64,000 nt of DNA. Origin: Chlorokybus atmophyticus (Eukaryota; Plantae; Mesostigma and Chlorokybus algae). The notes below the pieces were generated by a model, which ran no database searches, was not told the origin of the DNA, and saw only the letters and a list, made by a program, of their open reading frames with translations. Within the stretch, counting starts at the first letter, position 1. Each line of letters starts with the position of its first letter. Location: contig RHPI01002699.1 in assembly GCA_009103225.1 (NCBI GenBank), positions 100,578 through 164,577 on the forward strand. Reading direction: 5' to 3'. Positions 1-14,077 of the stretch are shown one piece after another. The position numbers and the translations under genes were made by a program.

Positions 1-3000
1 TGTGACGGTGCTCGTGCCTTGCTACCTGTGAGTTGGTCCAATCCACAACCTTCTCACCAAGGCACAGTATTCACACCGGAACCTTGCCCCCTCTGCCAAA
101 CACACACACGCGCCCCGCCACTCGCGCACGCACGCGCATGCGTTCGAAGCTACACACCGACTTGTGTAGCGCCTTGGATCGTCACACAAGCAAGTACACA
201 CCAGTGGCCACACGCTAGCAACCCCTGCTAACCACCACCAAGCTTGCACACCAGAAACTAGGGAGCTAAAGGTTGTATTGCAAGTTGTAGAATGTCACTT
301 TTATACCTACCAGTCTGCACATGCTACTGTCTAGACGATTCTAGCGCTAGACGGAACTAGAAGCTAAGATATTCTTGCAGAATCTTGTAGTACACTTCTA
401 GACCTTTTCAACGCACCAAAGATCTCCTAATTTGCTGCTCATATGGTCAAGTTATACTACTTGGCGCCAGGCCCTTCCAGAAATCTGGTCGAGCCCTTCT
501 CGACTGGCCCTCCGTTTTCTGGCACCTTCCGTACTGGTCTTGGGGCCCCGGTCGATATCCGCGGCAGACTCATAACTCGCCGATATCCGCCACAAGTCAT
601 TAAAAACATGTACCTTACAAATAAGGCCTAAAACGGCCATGAAAATCACAGAATTTGGCCTTGACTGTTACACTCACGCTATATATATGGTAAAGTACAA
701 GTCGCTATTAATCAAAGAGCTAATTGATGCATGTCACATATATGTTTAGTAACCACTACATATAGCACATAAATGCGCTCAGTATGTACACTACATTTAA
801 CATGACATGGTGACATTGTTTATTTGTATGAATCAATCGTCATCATTAAGTTGTTATATGACCCATTTTAAGTAACGCCCTTCTAGAGCTTCACGCAATT
901 GAATTATGTTGCGGGGCAGCAAAGAGACCATGCATATTATACATTGAACTAATGATGCCCCACTCATGCCATAACTTCAATGCAATGATTTACTTTTGTA
1001 AAGCAATTATTGCATATACATACACATGCGCATCATCGTTATGTTTAACTAATACACACGTAACATTACTGGATCACGAGCCTACAAGGTGCACTAAAAG
1101 CACCGGTTCAACAAGTGCTATCAACGGTTAATTATCAGCTATTGATGATGTGCCATATATAAGTAGCTATATATCACAAGTCTTGTACATTAACGGATAA
1201 ATACAGTGCTTTTTACGCAATCAATGATGACCATTATTGTAGTTGAAAATAGTAGCTCGTACACTTACAAATGTTTCAAACTTCCACAAAGTTTGCGTTA
1301 TTGGCAATGCAATAGCGTGTTAAAAATACCTTTGTTAAGAGAAGCAAACGCTTAGCAAGCTAGCATGGATTAAGCGTATACGGATCGTATGCCTGGCTTA
1401 CCATCAATAGGTCATGGATTATTGGATGTAACATGCAAGTTGTATCTATTATGTTGAAGAATTTTTATGTATAATAGGCACAATGATTTTGATAACCAAC
1501 AAACTTTGACCCCGTCGTATATAAAGATAAGTGCCAGGCTTAACCTCTTTAAGATTACGATAATAGGCTAAAGCTATTATTGGTCGTCTACAATTTTTAT
1601 AGCAAATGGTATTGATTTCATAAAAAGTGTTTACCATGAGTTGTGGACCCCAGATTACAGGATATAGATTATAAATGTATGCAATATTCTCACATATTGT
1701 GCCGTACGCACATGTTACAATACATAAATTCATGTAGATTTATATGCTAAAACAATGTGAATCATCATAATATATCTAGTGCAAGAATCGCATAGCATGG
1801 TACGCCTTTCCACTGTGTGCACCACATAGGGGGAAGCCTTCTGAAATCTCTATTGTCCAGTTTATGCGTATGCAAATGTTTAACTTGAGGTGTGTTTGCT
1901 ATATATTTGCGTGTGCAGTATGGCCTCGTTATAAGAGACACGTATTTCCTGCACTTTGTCTCTTACAGAAAGGGTCTCTCCTCGATGTCTGAGACCGTGC
2001 TCTTATATCGAGGTTACGTCATAAACATAGCACTCACACTTTGTAATGTCTGATGCTATGCCATGCCGTGACACGTTACATTTGTTACAGAAGTTGTTTC
2101 CGCTTACAAAGGTTATTCGTCATTTAGTACCGCACCCCCCGTGTGAGAGAAAATTGATGATGTTGAGGTCTCTTGCTCTTAGAATAGACAGATTTCGAGC
2201 GGTAAAGATATGTTCCAATGTCTCTTAAAAGGCAAAGGTTTTTAGTCGGAGGTCTCTAACGGAGAGGTTGTACTGTATGGGGGCAGCAGAAAAGTTCCAA
2301 GTTTTTTAAAAGTAAGGCTTAGAGTAAGGCTGCGGCGTCATGCGCTTGATCTCCACCGTGTGGAGGCCACACGCTGCGCAGTGCATCTTGACAACGTTTA
2401 CACTGTAACTGCGAATCTGCCAGGCTTGGTGACGACGGAGTTCCGGCTGGATTCGGTCCGTAGATGCCATCCAGATTTCTCTTACAACCGTCCGATCACT
2501 GATTCCTTCAATCGCGCGCTTCACGGTGAAATCGATATTCGCAAAACATCGCGGAAAAGGCTCCTGCAACGGGGTTGATATCGGCGACGCACGCAGAAAC
2601 AGGCTGATTGAATGGAAAAGGCCCGTTCGAACCAGGCTTTGGTTTACTAGCCAGTACAGTGTTCAGTAATTTGGCACTGCTTGGCTGCTGCGTGCCACGT
2701 GGCGTGCTCGGACAGCTGCCGCCGCCGCCTTGGCCGCCGTCGCCGGCGTGGCAGGTGTCGCTGGTTGTCGCCTAGAGCCGACGAGGCTGTTGGGTGACAA
2801 AGGTCGCGGGTTGACTGGACCTGGACGGAGGGCCTTGAGCTGCAGCCAAGGTGTGTGCTAAGCACTGTGTCCCTCTTCAGACCGGGGCCAGCCTGGCGGT
2901 CTGGCTTCGCCTTGTGTGTGGGCAACCTATGTCCTGCGTGCTGAAAACAAACAAAGATTGGTCATTGGATTATGGATTAGTATGAAATGCGCGCTCAGCC

Positions 3001-3491
3001 GCATGCAGGCCTCTTGGAGCACGTGTGTCTTGCATGCCAGCCAGTATACCACTGAAACGCAACAAGCATAGTAGTAGCTTGCACACAGAGACTATGAGCT
3101 GACACACGAACGATGCACGTTGAGGTATGCAATGCCGTTATTGTAATGCTGTTCTGGTTGGTGCTTCAGTTCTCACTGTTGCTAGCCAAGGCTTGCATGG
3201 TGCTTACTTCAGTTCCCAATGGCCATCAAACAGTGACCCTCGTTACACGTTTGCAAGTTGACTTTGAAAGTCAGTTGACTACAAGCTGCAACAGTCAGAC
3301 TGCAAGAGCTGTAGCAATGTCACATCCAGCAAGCAACATTGCCACATTGAAAAACAGCACATAGCTACCACTTTGCAGCAACCCACGTATGTTTACGCTG
3401 CATGTGCGCTGCACCTGCAGTTGCAAATGCGCACACGTGTGCTTGATTGTTAAAATTGCCACCGACTGATTGCATGCGCCCACGCACATAG

Positions 3492-4181
3492 ATGCCGTGG
3501 TTTGCGACAAAAGACAAGAGGCACAGGCGCAATCTCGATCTTGATGGGGAGACGACGAGGACAGTGGAAACGCTGTCGCAGCGCAAATTGCCGCGCCAAC
3601 CCAATGTCACGCGCACCAACAAGTACACCGTCATCACATTCGTCCCAAAAGCTCTGTTCGAGCAGTACAGGTATATTGTTCTTTTGCATGGGGGCTTGAG
3701 TTGTTGTTGTCTGGCGAGTATGACGAGCAACTGATTTGTTCCAAACAGGCGTGCTGCAAATTGGTTCTTCACGCTTATGAGCGTCCTTTCGCTCACGGCT
3801 GTGTCCCCTTTCTCCCCATTGACTACAATTGGTAAGTAGTGGATTTACCAATGCATTCATCCAGTCACAGTCTCTCTCACTCTGACATCGACGCAGTCAC
3901 CCAAGTAGTCAGCAAGCGAATTTCTTTTGTGCATTCAACAGTTTTTGAATTGTTTCAGTCCGTGAGCTTGCTATGTTCTCAATATCTAACACGATGGCAT
4001 TGTGCAGTGCCGTTCATTGCGGTGGTGGGCGTGTCCATGGCGAAAGAGGCAGTGGAAGATTACCGACGCCATAAGCTGGACGCGTTCGTGAACAATCGAC
4101 AAGTCCTACGCTTGAAGAATGGCTCTTGGGAGGCCACACAATGGCGCTACATTGCAGAAGGGGACGTTGTGAAGGTGTGTG

Positions 4182-4214
<33 letters not shown>

Positions 4215-7200
4215 ATTGTTGTGTCACATGCACACCTGTGCTTGTGCGAGTGCGTGCAAGTGTATTGATGGAATGTGGACCTGTCTCGTGGTGCTCAGGT
4301 TGTCGATGGGTCAGATTTTCCAGCAGACGTGTTACTGCTCGCCTCAAGCAGTGAGGGCGGCACGGCCTGGGTCCAGACCACCAACTTGGACGGCGAGAAC
4401 GCACTCAAACCAAAGCTAGCACTTGAGCAAACCAATGTTTTTGGTGTAAGTGTTGTGGGGGTCATTGACTACACACTAACCACGCCACTTATTTCATGCA
4501 CAGATGCATACAGGCCTGCACCTCCTTCCGTATTGATATCAACTGTCGTTTCAAGTACATACAATGTGTGGCAGTGAGCTTTCATGAGTTGTCCACTTCT
4601 GCTGTTACATAACTAGCAGTTATATAGTGGGTTTGCATAGGCATGTGAACATTGGCATGGGTATACAAGTCATCTTCAGCATGTCCTAGTAGACTTTCAT
4701 TTCCGGATGTGGTGAGAGGGCTCACGCCTGGAAATGGCAGGACGACAAATGGGAAGGTGCGCACATCAGTGTGGAGTGTGACCTGCCTAACCCTGCGCTT
4801 TACTCATACACTGGAGTCCTGCACTTACCAAACGGCCAGCAGTTTCCTGTTGGCATAGAACAGGTAATGAAAGCCAACCAAGGTACATCATGTTATCTCA
4901 AAATGCGAACATACTCATGAGACCTATTTCATTGATGAGCAGCTCCTGCTTCGGGGATCTGTTCTGCGCAACACCGAGTGGGTTTGCGGTATGATCATAT
5001 ACGCGGGCCACAACAGCAAGGTATGCGAGTGCAAGCGTACGTGGGCGTGGATTTGTGGGCAACAGCGATTGTGTGTGTCAACACACTGGTTTGCAGGTCA
5101 TGCTGAACGCCGTGGACGCGCCCTCCAAGCGCAGCCATGTTGAAAGAGAGATTGACAAGATTGTCGCGGTGATGTTTCTAGTCATGCTAGTGATGTCCCT
5201 TGCGGGCGGCATCGCATACAGTGTCCTGGAGCACAAGCGCGGGAAGAACTACTGGTTCAATGAGGTACAACTGTGGGAATGTTATTGTTTGAGAATTATT
5301 GTCGTTTTGTTTCCTGACAAGTGTTGTGCATATGCAGCCATTCACCAGTAACAGCATATTTGACCCCAACGCGCCCGCGCGCATTGGGTTCTACAACTTC
5401 CTTACCGAGATTACACTTCTCCATTACTTGATTCCAATCTCGCTTTATGTGTCTGTGGAGATTATCCGCGTTATCCAGGCACAGAAAATTATCAACAATG
5501 GTGAGGATGATGAGTACAGTTGAGTAATAATAATGCAATTGTAGATCACGGGTGCTGACGGTCTGTTATTGTTGTTGTTGGTGTTGTATACAGACCTCAA
5601 GATGTACGACAAAGAGACCGGGACGTGTGCAAGTTGCAGGACATCCAACTTGAACGAGGAGCTTGGCATGGTGCGAACAATTCTTAGTGACAAAACCGGC
5701 ACCCTCACACAGGTCGGTGACAAAGTACTGCGTGCGTGCATACATGGTCATGGTTTTGGTGTTGGTGTTGGTGTTGGTGTTGTCTTCCTCACATTGTGTG
5801 TGATTGTGTTGGGTGTAGAATCGCATGGAGTTCTTCAAGTGCTCAATAGCTGGAACAGCCTACGGTCAAGGGTTGACTGATGTGGAGCGTGCAAACGCTA
5901 CTCGGCTACACCAAGTATGCAAATTGCGAAACATCTGAAAGACTGCCATGATTGATTGATTCTATGCACTGAATTAGCACTTGCTTGCAGTCACAGCGAC
6001 TGGAGTCTGCACAGCCCACGACACAGATTGAGGATGGCTTCAACATGCGCGATGACAGGTTGGACGATGGTCTGTGGATGAAGCAGCCCAACGCGGATGC
6101 CATAGCGCAGTTCATGCGCGCTCTCGCGGTGTGCAACACTTGCCTTCCAAAACATAACAAGGGTACATGCTTGTTGTCGTTGTAGTGGTTGTGTTGTTAG
6201 GGTGCTGTGCTTGCCATTACGCGCACGTGCATGACTGGTCGCATATATGCACATGGGCGCATACACATGTATGCGCCCATGTATATGGGCATGCATGCGC
6301 AGACACACTCAATTACAAATGTGCAGATGTGGGTCCCTCTCCGGATTTAACCAGATACGAGGCTGAGTCTCCGGACGAGGCGGCCTTCGTGGTGGCCGCA
6401 AAGCGTTTCGGGTTCTTCTTGATCAACCGCTCACAGGCAAAGCTGATTGTCAGGGAAGGCGTGGCAGCCACCGCCAGAAATGTGGAGTACGAGCTCCTTG
6501 CTATCAACCAGTTTTCCAGCGAAAGGTATACCCCATCACACAGGGTTACACATGAGGCCACTACCGGTACATGTTGTGTACGTTATATATGTTGTGACGT
6601 CCTGCCTCCCACATCAACAGGCGTCGCATGTCTGTTGTTGTCCGCGAGCCCAGCGGCCGCATTATGCTTTATTGCAAGGGAGCCGACATGGTGGTTTACC
6701 GCTTGCTTGCGCCCAATGCAGAAGCCAAGGCAATGCACGATGCAACCCTCGAGCACATCCAGGTCTCAGGCTTGACAGTTGGTGATGGTTGCTTCTATGC
6801 GTTGTATGTTCAAGACGCTGATAAATGCCATGTAACTGAACAGGAGTATGCCAGCTCTGGGCTTCGCACGCTTGCAATAGCGTACCGTGAAGTGTCTCAA
6901 GCCGAATGGGCCACATGGTCGACGGAGTATGAGTCCGCGCGGTCGCTGCTCCATGACAGGTACGTATAAGGCTGAATGGAGTGTATGTGTGTACATGCCT
7001 GCATATAGTCACGACTGTGCATGCACATTGTACATGTATGTGCTTGTACGCAGGCTTACTTAAGCATGTATTTGTGCACGAGTGTTTATATTGGACACAT
7101 ACACACAGGCACGCTGCATTGGAAGCTGCGGCAGAGCGCCTTGAGCGTGATTTGGTCCTGATTGGAGCAACTGCAATTGAGGACAAGCTGCAGGATGGGG

Positions 7201-9519
7201 TGCCGCAGACGCTGGCGCAGCTTCACCGTGCCAACATTAACGTGTGGATGCTCACGGGTGACCGGCTTGAAACGGCACTGAACATCAGCTTTGCATGCGC
7301 GCTTCTGCGCCACGACATGCGCCAGCTGTCCCTCACGGGCGCTGACCTACCCACCATCGGCACGGACTCCGAGAGCATTACTAAGCGCCTCACACAGTTC
7401 CTAGATGAGGCCCGCGCGTGCGTGTCCACCAAGCAGGCGTGCGCACTCGTGCTCGAGGGCGACGCCATCGCCACCGTCCTGGACAATGCCCACAGGGACC
7501 TGCTGTTGCAAGTCACACGCCTCTGCGCCACCGTCATCTGCTGCCGCATGTCCCCGCGTCAGAAGGCTGAGCTCGCTGAGGCCGTTGGCACCACCCGTGG
7601 CCACGTCACGCTTGCCATTGGTGATGGCGCCAATGACGTCGGCATGATTCAGGCCAGCCACATCGGTGTTGGCATCAGTGGCCAAGAAGGCCGCCAGGTG
7701 GGCACCCACATACTTCTGGGTTAATATCTCACTCGCATTCAGTACTGCACAATTACGCTTCACACATTAGCGTGCACACGCACACGCACCTATGCAGGTC
7801 CCCGCATAAGCTTACTCGCCAATGCACTCCTTCAATTGGGTTTGATTAAGTCACTCAATGCTTCTTTCGTGCTTCAGGCTGTCATGGCTGCGGATTTTGC
7901 AATTGCACAGTTCCGCTTCCTGGAGCGGCTGCTTCTGTGGCACGGGAGGCTGAACTACCGGCGTATGGCTCGCATGGTCAACTACTTCTTCTACAAGAAC
8001 ATCGCCTTCGGACTCACGCTTTACTGGTAAGCACTGTGTTCTAGTGTGCATCACTTGCTCCCTGTCAACGGTCTACATACACACAGCGCGGACGCACGGG
8101 CACAAGAGCATGCATACAGATGCGTGTGCGCACACACAGACGCACACGCACATGCATGTACACGTGCACACACGCGCTCTTATCGCAGGTACAACATTTT
8201 TGCGATGTTTTCTGGCACGATCACCCTCGTGTCGTGGTTCCTCTCCACATACAACATTGTCTGGACATCTATTCCGGGTATTGTGTTGGCTATATGGGAC
8301 CAGGATGTGGACTGGGAGTACACTCGACGCTTCCCGCAGCTGTACATTGAGGGCCAGTACAACCTCTACATGACCTTCTCGGAGGTCACTTGGTGGATGT
8401 TCAATGCCTTTGCACAGGTACACACTGCTCATATTTCAACCCTTGTGGGAGACTTTTGCTGTCACTTTGTTTACTCACTTGTTTGTGTGTGCATCAGTCG
8501 GCGATTGTGTTCTTCGCGGCATATGCGCAATTCGGTTTCCTGCCCAACAAGAGCAACGGTCTTGGAGTGGTGAGTGCGTTTTTGGGGTGACACACGTACC
8601 ATCAAGCAGCTTGGCCTGTCTTATACAGTTGCAGAGGTCACTCACCATCATGTTATGGTTGTACCCGATGAACAGGACCGCGAGCTACTTGGCTCAGTCG
8701 TGTATGCCAGCATACTGTTGGCGGTAACGCTGCAGATCTGCCTGATTGTGCAGTACTGGCACTTGCTTCTTCATATAGTTGTGTGGGTCAGGTACGAATG
8801 TCGCATCATCATTGCAGCCAACAGTCATTGCTTCCTTTCATTTCAGCAAGACAGGTCTACTCACTTGCGCATCTGTGTGTCTTTCTCTCTTATCAGTGCC
8901 CTCCTCTGGTTTATTGTTGTGGCCATCCTCCCCAACAAGTCCACCGGCAACTGGCGCGCATATCTTGGCAGCTCCGGCACATTCTGGCTCACCTTCGTTC
9001 TCGCCGGCATCGCGGCGGTCCTACCCGACTACTGCCTGCGAGTCTTCAGAAGGTAACCGCACACTTACATGACAACAATACCACTGGCACACACAGCCAC
9101 ATGTACATATGCATGCACTCACGTAAACACATGCACAAACATGCACGTGTGCGATCTGCTCTGTTGGTGGTATGTGTCACTGCTCGCTGTTATCCCTATG
9201 CAGCACATGTTGCCACTGCTGCTATACAACCTGGTATAAGCACAAAGCTCAAGCTAACAACGTTCGTGTTTTGCCCATATACAGGTACTTCAGGCCGAAG
9301 CCTCATCAGGTGGTGCAGGAGATCATGCAGATCGAGCGGAAGACGAAGGTGGTGCTGGATCCCGAAAGCAGAGAGGCGGCGAAGGACCCCATCACGCATG
9401 ACAACTGGCCGCTGTTTGATGACAAGTCCTCATCGGATGGCACGCCCACACCCATTACCACGCAGGGGTCGGTCGACATCGACGCGGGCAAGAAGACAAA
9501 GCAGCTGCAAACTGTTTAG
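3492..9519 (+). CDS. ALA: P4-type ATPase / aminophospholipid flippase (ALA/DRS2 family), multi-exon
   Basis: Spliced exons give [76 protein letters not shown], the phosphorylation motif DKTGTLT (5689-5709), [91 protein letters not shown] and YFFYKN. Boundaries are canonical GT-AG; the stop ends at 9519. Confidence 0.96.
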
Positions 9520-10232
9520 TGTTCACACTTGATGTGTCAGTAGGTGTTTATGATGTATCACGGTTTCGCTCCTATACACTTGTGTTACTGTAAGGAACTC
9601 CTGGAGTTCTAGCGTGTTCGTTTCTTGCTGTACAGATGGAACCATGTGTTCATGAGCACACGCGAGCACTTGAATAATGCCAAAGTATGCACCCCGTTGT
9701 AAGTGTATTTCTGAGGGTTGCCTTCTCGCACAAATTGACAGTGACTAGCCAATCGCTCATATGCACGCACCAAGCATGCGCCTACACGTGTGGCGAGCTT
9801 CAGCACTATGTACACCTTGGCTTAGCAAGTGTTAGCATAATGGACTGGCTTTAAGCTTGTGTGTCAGCTGTTATGTCACATTAGAGTACAACATACTTCT
9901 GTACTTCAGCAGTTCGCGCAGTTCAATCGGTATCAATGGCAGGTAAGGGTTCTCTCTCTATGTGCCTGCCTGTATGTCTGCCTGCATGCGCCTCAGTGTG
10001 ATGTGTATTTGAGCATGAATACGCGTATGCCTCATGCACATGTGTGCCTGCAGTTACGTGTGTGCATGCGTTTGGGCGAGCTCGCATACATGTAAATCAT
10101 GCAGCATACGGTGCTTGCGCCAAATGGCAGTAGCAAGAGCGTGCTCCAATACAGTTTACATGGCGGCAATTACAATGATAGCCTCTTGTACGTTTTTACA
10201 TATTGGTCTTGCCCTTATGGTACAACCACATG

Positions 10233-11529
10233 TCAATGCTGCTGGTGCAAGTGACTGGATTTAAAAGTGTGTATCCGGAAAAGCTGGCATTGTGCGTTTG
10301 ATGCAGCATCTCGGAACACGACGAATGCGCATACACAATGTGGGCATACACGGTACAGCCGCGCCTTACGCAGCTTGTAAAATGTAGTAACAAAACACGC
10401 CAGAATACACTGCAATATCGAGTACAAAGATGAGCAGGCCTCAAGCTCTGCATCAGCTAAATTCTAGTCATGGGCTATGAACCAAACAATTCAACTAAGC
10501 GTTCAAACAGTGCACTGCCACTCTATCGCTAGTCCCCCATCAACTCAACAGCTACCAATCCAACAGCCATATATACACCTGCGTTTTTCACATCTTTCTT
10601 AATGTCCAACACTGATACGAGACCATCATTCACAGACTAGTAGAACCCGCGTGGAGGTGGCGTCAGTCTCACCCACGTGTTGGAGTCCGCAACATCTGCA
10701 TCACAACAACATGGGGCATCAACACTTACATGTGAGCATGCACACGCACGCACACATGCACGCACGAGATCGTACATTGCATCTCGTGGAAGTTTCCATC
10801 CTCCTCAGCGTCGTAGGCATAGGACTCTGGTGGCGGTGGAGGTGGTGGCGGTGCATTGAACAGCAGGTCCGTATACTCTGATGGTGGTGGAGGTGGGGGC
10901 GGTGGCGAAGTGAACAGCGGGTTCGTAGACAAGGCGTCTATGACTGCAATGGTTGACAGGCGTGTGTTTGTTTGTCAGTGTGTGTGTGTGTGCGCGCGCG
11001 CGCATGTGTGTGTCTGAAATGCAAAATACCAGGAGGGGTGATGGTCTCAGGAGTGATGAACGGCTGCAGCTTGTCTGTCAAGGCGCGCCGGGCTGTGAGC
11101 TGAGGCTGTGTTGCCACAGCGGCGGCTGCGCCATCGTCCAACCTTGCTGTGAACTGAGGGTGATGCACATGATGGATACAAGAGGCAAAAAGGCACGCAG
11201 ACACTCACCAATGCACGCACACACCCGCACAGGGACGCAATGTGTAAAACAGGCTCAAACATAGAGCGTCAGAGATGAGAGACCCACATCCACAACCACA
11301 CCACCGCACCCCAGCACTCCAACTACACAACCGCATCCCAAACCTACAACCAGCAAGTTTAATAAAAGCAACCAGAACAAGCGCATCCTAAACCTACCTG
11401 GTGGCTGGGGAGGAGGTACCCCAGAGCAATGCCAGCAACAAAGAAAGGGAGGAGAAGCAGCACAACGGTGTGGATGCCGGCAGGGCGGCGTCGACCAGGC
11501 ATGATGCTGCCTGCCACCGAACCACTCAT
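10233..11529 (-). CDS. Hypothetical small type-II membrane protein with Pro-rich linker and Cys-containing C-terminal segment (model uncertain)
   Basis: Exon 1 reads MSGSVAGSIMPGRRRPAGIHTVVLLLLPFFVAGIALGYLLPSHQ and ends at a CAG|GTAGG donor (11398). Further in-order coding-like segments are ARLDDGAAAAVATQPQLTARRALTDKLQPF, PPPPPPPPSEYTDLLFNAPPPPPPPPESYAYDAEEDG and a Cys-rich ORF at 10233-10427. The 3' end is tentative. Confidence 0.4.
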
Positions 11530-12381
11530 CTTACCAACCAACTTGGTGTTGTCACACCCAACCTTCACGCACACTGTCTCCTTAGCAGGACGCCTTCACC
11601 ACTGATGGCAGGTGTGTATATATGCCAACCTGCTGCTGGCATATATACCCGTGTACAAACAAACATATGCGCACAGATACACATAGTCACAGACACAGAT
11701 TCACTTTGTCACATAGTCCCACAAAAATCAGCCACATAGACATGCACAGGACAGGCAAAGTATCACGCATACCTACAAGGAGCGCACCAAGCAGCACATG
11801 CATGCACAGACAGGCTGTGCTTGTATACAGTGCATCGTAGTCTGGCTTCTGCCCTCTTTCCCCTTTCCCGAGGTGGCATTGGGGTAGCATAGGAGGCTCC
11901 TACCAGGAGAGTTCCCTAAAAGGACCTTATTCAAGGGGTGCCAGGACACAGTAACGGCACTACACCTGTCTTGTCATTTAGATATACAGACCCAGGAACC
12001 GGGGGGGGTCACATCATGTGCTGTTTGATCTGACGGACATGAAGGCCATTCGCCCTATAAAGAGGCATTCTTGTAGCCAACGAAGCCAGGAGGCAGCAGT
12101 GAGTACAACGACACAAACAACAGCAGCAGCAGCAGCAGCAACAACAACAACCACAAAGCAAGCGCACAATGTCATGGGCTTAACAATCGTGCAGTCGTAA
12201 CTGCTCGGCACAAAAACAAAGAGACCTACCTTATGTCCGTATGACGCTAATCAATCAACTCACTCATGTCGCTAGACACAGAAACATTGGTGCAATGTGC
12301 AATTAACAACGACCTACCTTTGTAACTACCTGTACAGAGCAAGCCACATCATGCAGCAAATGGCATTGCCACTGACTGGCC

Positions 12382-14077
12382 TCAAACATAGTCGAACTCA
12401 TCCGTGATGCCGACCTGTTCAATAATGGTGAAAGATGTTGGAGCAGCATGATGTCAGGAATACAAGCAGCCAATTGGTGCTTTGCTTGACTTGCCTATGA
12501 GAACGGGAGAGACAGAAAAGGCAAGTACCTCTTTGTTGAGTTGCTCGAGGCCTTCCGTCACGTTGGGGAACTTATCCATGCACCACCGCTGCACCGCAAA
12601 GATGTTGTCTGGGGGCATGCACACGGTGCCGAACGTGAGTGTTTGACCCAACACAAAGCACAGATTCATCAACTAGCAGCAAACTACCTGTCCAGCGATT
12701 CGCAGCATCCTTGGCAATCTTAGTGGCATTCCCTGTGCAACATTGTGTCACACATAGCCTTTTTGTCATGGTCAAAGCAATACCTATCGAGTAATAACAA
12801 ATGCGTACGCATTTGGTCAACCGTCTCAGGGTCCATGTCTGCAAACTGCATGAGCTCCTCCTGAGTGGCAAAATATGCAGTTTAAATAGTGGTCAGCTTC
12901 ATGTGTTACTTATTGGTAGCACTTGAGATCAAAAGAGTCTCAGAACAACTGTCATGAGATTGCACATGGTGCGCCTAACCTGTTGCTTCTTATACTGGTC
13001 TTCAAGCGTTGACAGCTTTGCTAGGGCGGCCTGGCGGGCAGCCTGCACAAATGTCATTGTCAGTCGAGTACATTGCAACAACAACAATGAAAGCAACAAC
13101 AGCAAAACTACCGCAGCATAGAGACAAGGTGAAGAGGGTACGTACCGTCTCCTTTCGCATAGCCATCATGGTTGTCTTCTGTTCACCCAACTGGACCCGA
13201 CGCTGCTTGAGAGCTTCGAGCTGAGCTTCCATCTTGTTGACAGCGTTGCCCATCTGGCACAGTGGAAACAAACAAACACTCTCTAAGCATTGCTTGTGTG
13301 TCTGCTTGCATGGTGCATGGCAGTGAGTGCGTGTGTTACCACCTGCGCGCTGGCCGTGCTGGGAAGGGCCCAGTAGTAACGACATGTCCCGATCTTGTCT
13401 GTCTGTTCCAGGTGTACGCGTGTAGGCATACACACACAACATGTCTGCTCGATTGCGCATGGGCGTGCATGTGCATGTGCATGTGCATGCGCATGTGCAT
13501 GTGCGTGCACCAGCGTGCCTGTGGGTGTGTCTATGTATTTGCGCGCGTGCGAAAACGCGTGCACCCATGCATACCCATGCTGACAAACGACGCACATACT
13601 TGGACGAACATATGCCTGTGTATGCGCCTCACAATTGTACATGTACAGTAGGAGTGATGCGGTCACACCTGCACCAGGTCATCGTCCAGCAATGACTGCA
13701 GGACGTCTTTGATGGCCTGCGTGATGATACCCTTCTTGCTCCCAAGCTTCTCAACATCTTTTAGCTGCATGCACCACACACCCATGCAGTGAGTCTGTCA
13801 GCGCAACACAGCATACACACACTCACATGCCTTACAAGCATGCATTTGTACACACACGAACACACACCTGAAAAAAGTCTGCAGTCTCTCGAAACATTTC
13901 CAGCAGCTTCTCTCGCTTTTCATCCGCAGAGAGGCCGCGCTTCTTTGACTGTGTTGATGGGCAACAACACAACAGCAAAGCATGTTACAAGCTATCAAGT
14001 TGTTTGCATGCATGACAGAGCTTCTTTCAAGCAGAGAGAGTCTCAATGCAAGCAGAGCAGCACATGGACCTTACCAT
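12382..14077 (-). CDS. MND1: Meiotic nuclear division protein 1 (Mnd1, Hop2 partner)
   Basis: An ATG-only first coding exon (14075-14077, ATG|GTAAG) is followed by SKKRGLSADEKREKLLEMF, LKDVEKLGSKKGIITQAIKDVLQSLLDDDLV, DKIGTCRYYWALPS, a coiled coil, EELMQFADMDPETVDQM, IAKDAANRWTDNIFAVQRWCMDKF and GITDEFDYV*. These are the diagnostic Mnd1 motifs in the correct order. Confidence 0.95.

Noticed and set aside
577-2587. 11 bp inverted repeat TCGCCGATATC / GATATCGGCGA as transposon TIRs
   Set aside because: It does not extend in either direction and has no TSD.
11820-12013. LTR-like segment starting TGTGACCCCCCCCGG on the minus strand
   Set aside because: No matching end with a TSD, partner LTR, PBS or PPT could be found.
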